Source: Octopus bimaculoides
Taxonomy: Eukaryota
Direction: 5' to 3'
Length of the DNA: 64,000 bases
Assembly (NCBI RefSeq): GCF_001194135.2
Contig: NC_068981.1
Location: 134,581,465 to 134,645,464, forward strand
Part shown: in pieces, positions 63,092 through 64,000 of the stretch
Position numbering within the stretch: position 1 is the stretch's first letter
How the letters are laid out: the number at the start of each line of letters is the position of its first letter
Translations under genes and position numbers: made by a program
The notes under the pieces: model-generated
Seen by the model: only the letters and a program-made list of their open reading frames with translations
Told to the model about the DNA's origin: nothing
Databases searched by the model: none

Positions 63092-64000
63092 TGTCCATAT
63101 TTCATGTAGGCATGGGTCTTATGGAATTCATTGAAGCAGGTTTTCTATTGGTAGATGCCTTTCTTGTCACTATTTCTCTCCTGTTTCCAAGTAAGGTAAT
63201 ACTTCCCCATGACCAGACAAGTTTTCATGAAAGATTAGAAACAAGGGACACTACTTGTGTCTGTGTGATACTTATTTACAACTATCATGCAATGTCAAAA
63301 CACAGAAACAAAGACACATGTACCCACACATCCATGCACACATACATACATACCCACACAGACATATATAAATACTTATATAAATGTACACATTCACATG
63401 ATGGTCACACCCATCAGTTTCAATGTATGAGTGTTTGAAGGAGAGAATTTAAAGAAAAAAAGTGAAAAAGAGAGAGAAAAAATTTTTTTAAATAAAAGCT
63501 TAAAAGAAACTGCATCTATTTGCAATCGACACATAAATGTAATTTGAGTCCAAGAATGGATTTTGCTATGAAATCACATTGGAGACAATGAGGATTTTGA
63601 TTTTGTCTAGGATTGGGCAAACATGTCTCTCGATTGCAGGATATAATCCTTTTATTGTTCTGTTTCTTCAACTCAAAATACACACACACACACTCACACA
63701 CACCATGAGCATCTTTCAGTTTTCGTCCAGTAAATCCATTCACAAAGATTTGGTCGACCTGTGTTGGCCAATTAATAAGTCAAGATAGGGATATGTGGGA
63801 ATGTGTGTTTATAATTACGTGTGTGTGTGTGTGTGAGCATGTATGAAAATGTGCATATTTAGATATAACTACAAATTATGTGCATCCTTCGGAATGGCTG
63901 TTTAATTAAGAAGTTTCATTGGCACCCACATATTTTGAGTTTTATTCCCACTTCATGGTACTTGGATGACACTTGCTCAAGGTGCTACACAGTGGATATA

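Overview
AT-rich, microsatellite-dense, repeat-dominated eukaryotic DNA with five N-gaps. The repeat families and texture look like a coleoid cephalopod, probably Octopus; this is inferred from recognising the repeats, not from a database search. I cannot support any intact host protein-coding gene, rRNA, tRNA gene or CRISPR array, so the window reads as intronic or intergenic. Most listed ORFs are translated microsatellites or N-runs. The recognisable coding remnants are all retrotransposon or transposon derived: an R4/Dong-like RLE non-LTR element (24.9-26.4 kb), several RTE fragments, and a mariner C-terminus. There are at least four tRNA-headed SINE families (my labels A, B, D, F), RTE 3'-end copies (label C), piggyBac-like, Tc1/mariner-like and Helentron(HINE)-like miniature elements, and several fold-back structures. 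The most notable items are: (1) seven co-oriented SINE-A copies stacked in an (AAT)n tract at 49.0-50.7 kb; (2) a hammerhead-ribozyme-like motif in a ~330-bp insert at 31.8-32.1 kb, with a decayed relative at 46.1 kb; (3) a variable-copy 66-bp hairpin array in the RTE 3' UTR; (4) bipartite 5'UTR+3'end RTE derivatives; (5) a SINE dimer with a 16-bp TSD.
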